NCBI GenBank assembly: GCA_963744995.1
Contig: CAVUWA010000009.1
Coordinates: forward strand, 160,001-224,000
Direction of reading: 5' to 3'
DNA: 64,000 nucleotides
Source of the DNA: Candidatus Eiseniibacteriota bacterium
GTDB taxonomy: Bacteria > Eisenbacteria > RBG-16-71-46
Shown piece after piece: positions 61,538-64,000 of this stretch. The position numbers and the translations under genes were made by a program. Below the pieces are notes generated by a model. It did not search any database and was not told the DNA's origin. It was given only the letters and a program-made list of their open reading frames with translations. Numbering within the stretch: the stretch's first letter is position 1; each line of letters opens with the position of its first letter.

Positions 61538-62544
61538 GCGGAGTCATCGATCGGATCCGGCGTCAGGCGGCGCTGCGCCCGCAGCGCCTGTTGCTCGCCG
61601 AAGGTGAGGACGAGCGGATTCTGCGCGCGGCGGAGCGGATCCAGCGCGAGCGGACCGCCGCAGTCGGCATCGTCGGGGACCCGCACGCGATCCGCGACGC
61701 CGCACGGCGCGCCGGCGCGTCGCTCTCCGGCGTGCGGGTCGTGGACGCCACCGAGCCGCGCGCGCTGGAACGCACGGCCGCCGCGCTCACGGCCGCGCGC
61801 GGCGAGCGGCTCGTCGCAGCCGACCGCGCCCGCTACGCCGCCGACCCGCTGTTCCAGGCCGCCTGCCTGGTGCGGGCTGGCGAGGCGGACGTGTTCGTCG
61901 CCGGGGCGGTGCGCACCACGGCCGACGTGCTGCGCGCCTCGCTGTGGCTCGTCGGCCTCGAGCCGGGGGTGAAGCTGGTGTCGTCGTTCTTCCTGATGGT
62001 GCTGCCCGGCGCGCCGGGCAAAGAGCGCGTGTTCGTGTTCGCCGATGGCGCGGTCGTGCCGGAACCGACGGTGGAGCAGCTCGCCGACATCGGCATCCTG
62101 GCGGCCGAGCACTACGCGCGCCTGACCGGACAGGTCCCGCACACCGCCTTCCTGTCGTTCTCGACGCGCGGCAGCGCGTCCCACCCGCGCGTGGACCGGG
62201 TGCGCGAGGCTACACAGCTCGCCCGCACGCGGCGGCCGGATCTGCACTTCGACGGCGAGCTGCAGCTCGACGCGGCGATCGTGCCGTCGGTGGCGGAACG
62301 CAAGGCGCCCGACAGCGTCGTGGCGGGACACGCCAACGTGCTGATCTTTCCCGATCTGGACAGCGGCAACATCGGATACAAACTGGCACAGCGGCTGGGG
62401 GGCGCCGAAGCCTACGGGCCGATCCTCATGGGGCTCGCCCGACAGGGCAACGACCTCTCGCGCGGCTGCAGTGCGGAGGACGTCGTCGGCGTCGCCACCA
62501 TCGCGTGCTCGCTGGCCGCTGCGCGCGCAGCCGAAACGCGCTGA
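61534..62544 (+). CDS. pta: Phosphate acetyltransferase
   Basis: AEGEDERILRAA, VSSFFLM, LSFSTRGS, DGELQLDAAIVP.VA, FPDLDSGNIGYKL, DLSRGCS. Confidence 0.93.
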   Translation: MSGVIDRIRRQAALRPQRLLLAEGEDERILRAAERIQRERTAAVGIVGDPHAIRDAARRAGASLSGVRVVDATEPRALERTAAALTAARGERLVAADRARYAADPLFQAACLVRAGEADVFVAGAVRTTADVLRASLWLVGLEPGVKLVSSFFLMVLPGAPGKERVFVFADGAVVPEPTVEQLADIGILAAEHYARLTGQVPHTAFLSFSTRGSASHPRVDRVREATQLARTRRPDLHFDGELQLDAAIVPSVAERKAPDSVVAGHANVLIFPDLDSGNIGYKLAQRLGGAEAYGPILMGLARQGNDLSRGCSAEDVVGVATIACSLAAARAAETR

Positions 62545-62593
62545 ATTCACCCCGGCCGAAGCGGCCGGTTCGAACCACCGGAGACTCCCGTTC

Positions 62594-62986
62594 ATGCCGA
62601 CGTACGAGTACGCGTGTCCGAAATGCGAGCATCGCTTCGAGGTGTTCCACAGCATCAGCGACGACAAGCCGCGTCGCTGCCCGAAGTGCAGAGCGAAGGC
62701 GAAGCGCGTGCCGGCGGGCGGCGCCGGACTCCTGTTCAAGGGCTCGGGGTTCTACATCACCGACTACCGCAGCGACAGCTACAAGCAGGGGGCGAAGAAG
62801 GACAAGAGCGGCGGGGCGGGCGGGGGCTCCGGCGGCGGCTCGGGCGGCAGCTCGGGCGGTGGCTCCGGCGGGGGCTCGGGCGGGGGCTCGGGCGGCGGCT
62901 CGGGCGGCGGCTCGGGCGGGGGCTCCGGCGGCGGCTCCCGGAGCGGCTCGGGCGGCGGCTCCGGCGGATCGAAGCCGAGGGAATGA
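62594..62986 (+). CDS. FmdB-family zinc-ribbon protein with Gly/Ser tail
   Basis: MPTYEYACPKC...CPKC...FKGSGFY.TDY. Confidence 0.9.
   Translation: MPTYEYACPKCEHRFEVFHSISDDKPRRCPKCRAKAKRVPAGGAGLLFKGSGFYITDYRSDSYKQGAKKDKSGGAGGGSGGGSGGSSGGGSGGGSGGGSGGGSGGGSGGGSGGGSRSGSGGGSGGSKPRE
62819..62971 (+). repeat. 12-nt tandem repeat GGCGG(C/G/T)GGCTC(C/G) encoding (GGGS)n, about 12 units
   Basis: Directly visible in sequence and in the translation. Confidence 0.9.
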
Positions 62987-62996
62987 CGGCCGCGCC

Positions 62997-64000
62997 GTGA
63001 GCCACGGTCTCGTTCGCGACATCCTCCGCTTCCACCTCGCCCCCGAGGCCGACCCGGGCCTCCAGCCGGCGCCGGGCGTCGAACTGCCGTTGCGCGTGGA
63101 TCACGTGCTCGCCGGCGGCCGCGCGGGGCTGCTCGCGCTGGCCGCGTTCGCGCGCATCGCCCGCGGCGCGCCGCAGGTGGACCTGGCGATGGCCTCGGCG
63201 GATCGGGGCGCGGGGCCCGCCGCCTTCGAGACCCCGGAAGAACTGCAGGCGCTGCACGCCGCGGCGCATCGTGCCGGCGCACGCTTCTCGCGCCCCGGGC
63301 ACGGTCGCGGCGACATCGTGCATCTCGAGCGCTTCGCCGTGCCGGGACGGATCCTGCTGGCGGCGGGGCGGCGCGATGCCCCCGCAGGCGCGGTGGGGAT
63401 GCTGGCGCTCAGCGCGGATCCGGTCGAGGTCGGCGCCGTCCTCGGCGGCGGCGCGTTCTACCTGGCGTGGCCCGGACTGCGCTTCCTCGATTGCCAGGGC
63501 GCACTCCTTCCCGGTGTCGACGGCTACGACGTGATGCTGGATCTCGCGGCGCGGCTCGGTCCGTGCGGCGCCGGCGGGACGTTTCTCGAAGCCACCGGTG
63601 CGGGCGTCGCCGCCCTCGGCATGGCCGGGCGCGTCGCCCTCGCGGGCGCGGCGGGTGCGCTCGGTGCGCGCGCGGTCCTGTTTCCGTCGGACGAGATCAC
63701 CCGTGCCGCCCTGCGTGCTCAGGGTCGCGAGCCGGAGTGGAAGGCGTTGCCGCCGACGGTGCTCGAGGCGGACGACGACGTAATCCCCGTGGTTCTGGAT
63801 GCGATCGTGCCGCGCTGCGCGCCGCTCGATGCGCTCGCCGACGGGCGGCCGCTCGGCGAGTCCGGGCCGTTCACGGTGGACGCCGTGGAGATCGGCCCCG
63901 GCGCCACGCTCGACGATCTCGAGCGTCTCGCCCGCGCCCTCGACGGGCGCCGTCTGCGGGCGGGCCTCCATCTGGTGGTCGTGCCCGGCAGCCGCCAGCT
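62997..64000 (+). CDS. Aconitase-family protein with degenerate active site (partial, runs off window end)
   Basis: Manual translation from GTG 62997 is open to the end: LRVDHVL, FSRPGHG, VHLERFAVPG, GMLA, LFPSDEITRAALRAQGRE, VVPGSRQ. The catalytic motifs are replaced. Confidence 0.8.
   Translation, partial: MSHGLVRDILRFHLAPEADPGLQPAPGVELPLRVDHVLAGGRAGLLALAAFARIARGAPQVDLAMASADRGAGPAAFETPEELQALHAAAHRAGARFSRPGHGRGDIVHLERFAVPGRILLAAGRRDAPAGAVGMLALSADPVEVGAVLGGGAFYLAWPGLRFLDCQGALLPGVDGYDVMLDLAARLGPCGAGGTFLEATGAGVAALGMAGRVALAGAAGALGARAVLFPSDEITRAALRAQGREPEWKALPPTVLEADDDVIPVVLDAIVPRCAPLDALADGRPLGESGPFTVDAVEIGPGATLDDLERLARALDGRRLRAGLHLVVVPGSRQ

Noticed and set aside
62819..62971. Tandem repeat considered as a CRISPR array
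   Set aside because: 12-nt units with no unique spacers, in frame within a CDS; no cas genes.

Overview
A GC-rich bacterial chromosomal segment, almost entirely on the + strand. The gene content suggests an FCB-related diderm such as Candidatus Eisenbacteria (inference only). In order it holds: (1) the 5' end of pyrE, an S8 protease with a T9SS/FlgD-Ig-type C-terminal domain (CTD), a sigma54-preceded FN3-like lipoprotein, an M23 peptidase, dnaE-accA and a Trm112/YcaR protein; (2) a ~17 kb envelope locus with a PorU/gingipain-like C25 peptidase, a PorV-like barrel, an M6 metalloprotease with CTD, two paralogous small proteins ending in Phe, an NHL propeller, a 1127-aa barrel with SprA-like motifs and an Omp85/BamA-TamA paralog; (3) dinG-hutH-hutU-hutI-ftcD, tightly coupled to that locus; (4) TPR, PHP, ECF S-component, putative porin and ComEA-like genes; (5) a Myxococcus/Geobacter-style type IVa pilus cluster (pilB-T-C-S-R, two pilins, PilH/I/G-like ABC module, pilMNOPQ) with three sigma54 promoters and six apparent +1 insertions within 4.3 kb; (6) aroK, a LolB-like/LolA-like pair, rsmD, coaD, pta, an FmdB zinc-ribbon protein with a GGGS tail, and an aconitase-fold ORF, absent from the ORF track, that has lost its catalytic and first Fe-S motifs. 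The best candidates for novel biology are the T9SS-like outer-membrane locus and the pseudo-aconitase. No rRNA, tRNA, CRISPR array or mobile element was recognised. All family assignments come from motif recognition by eye, not from database searches.
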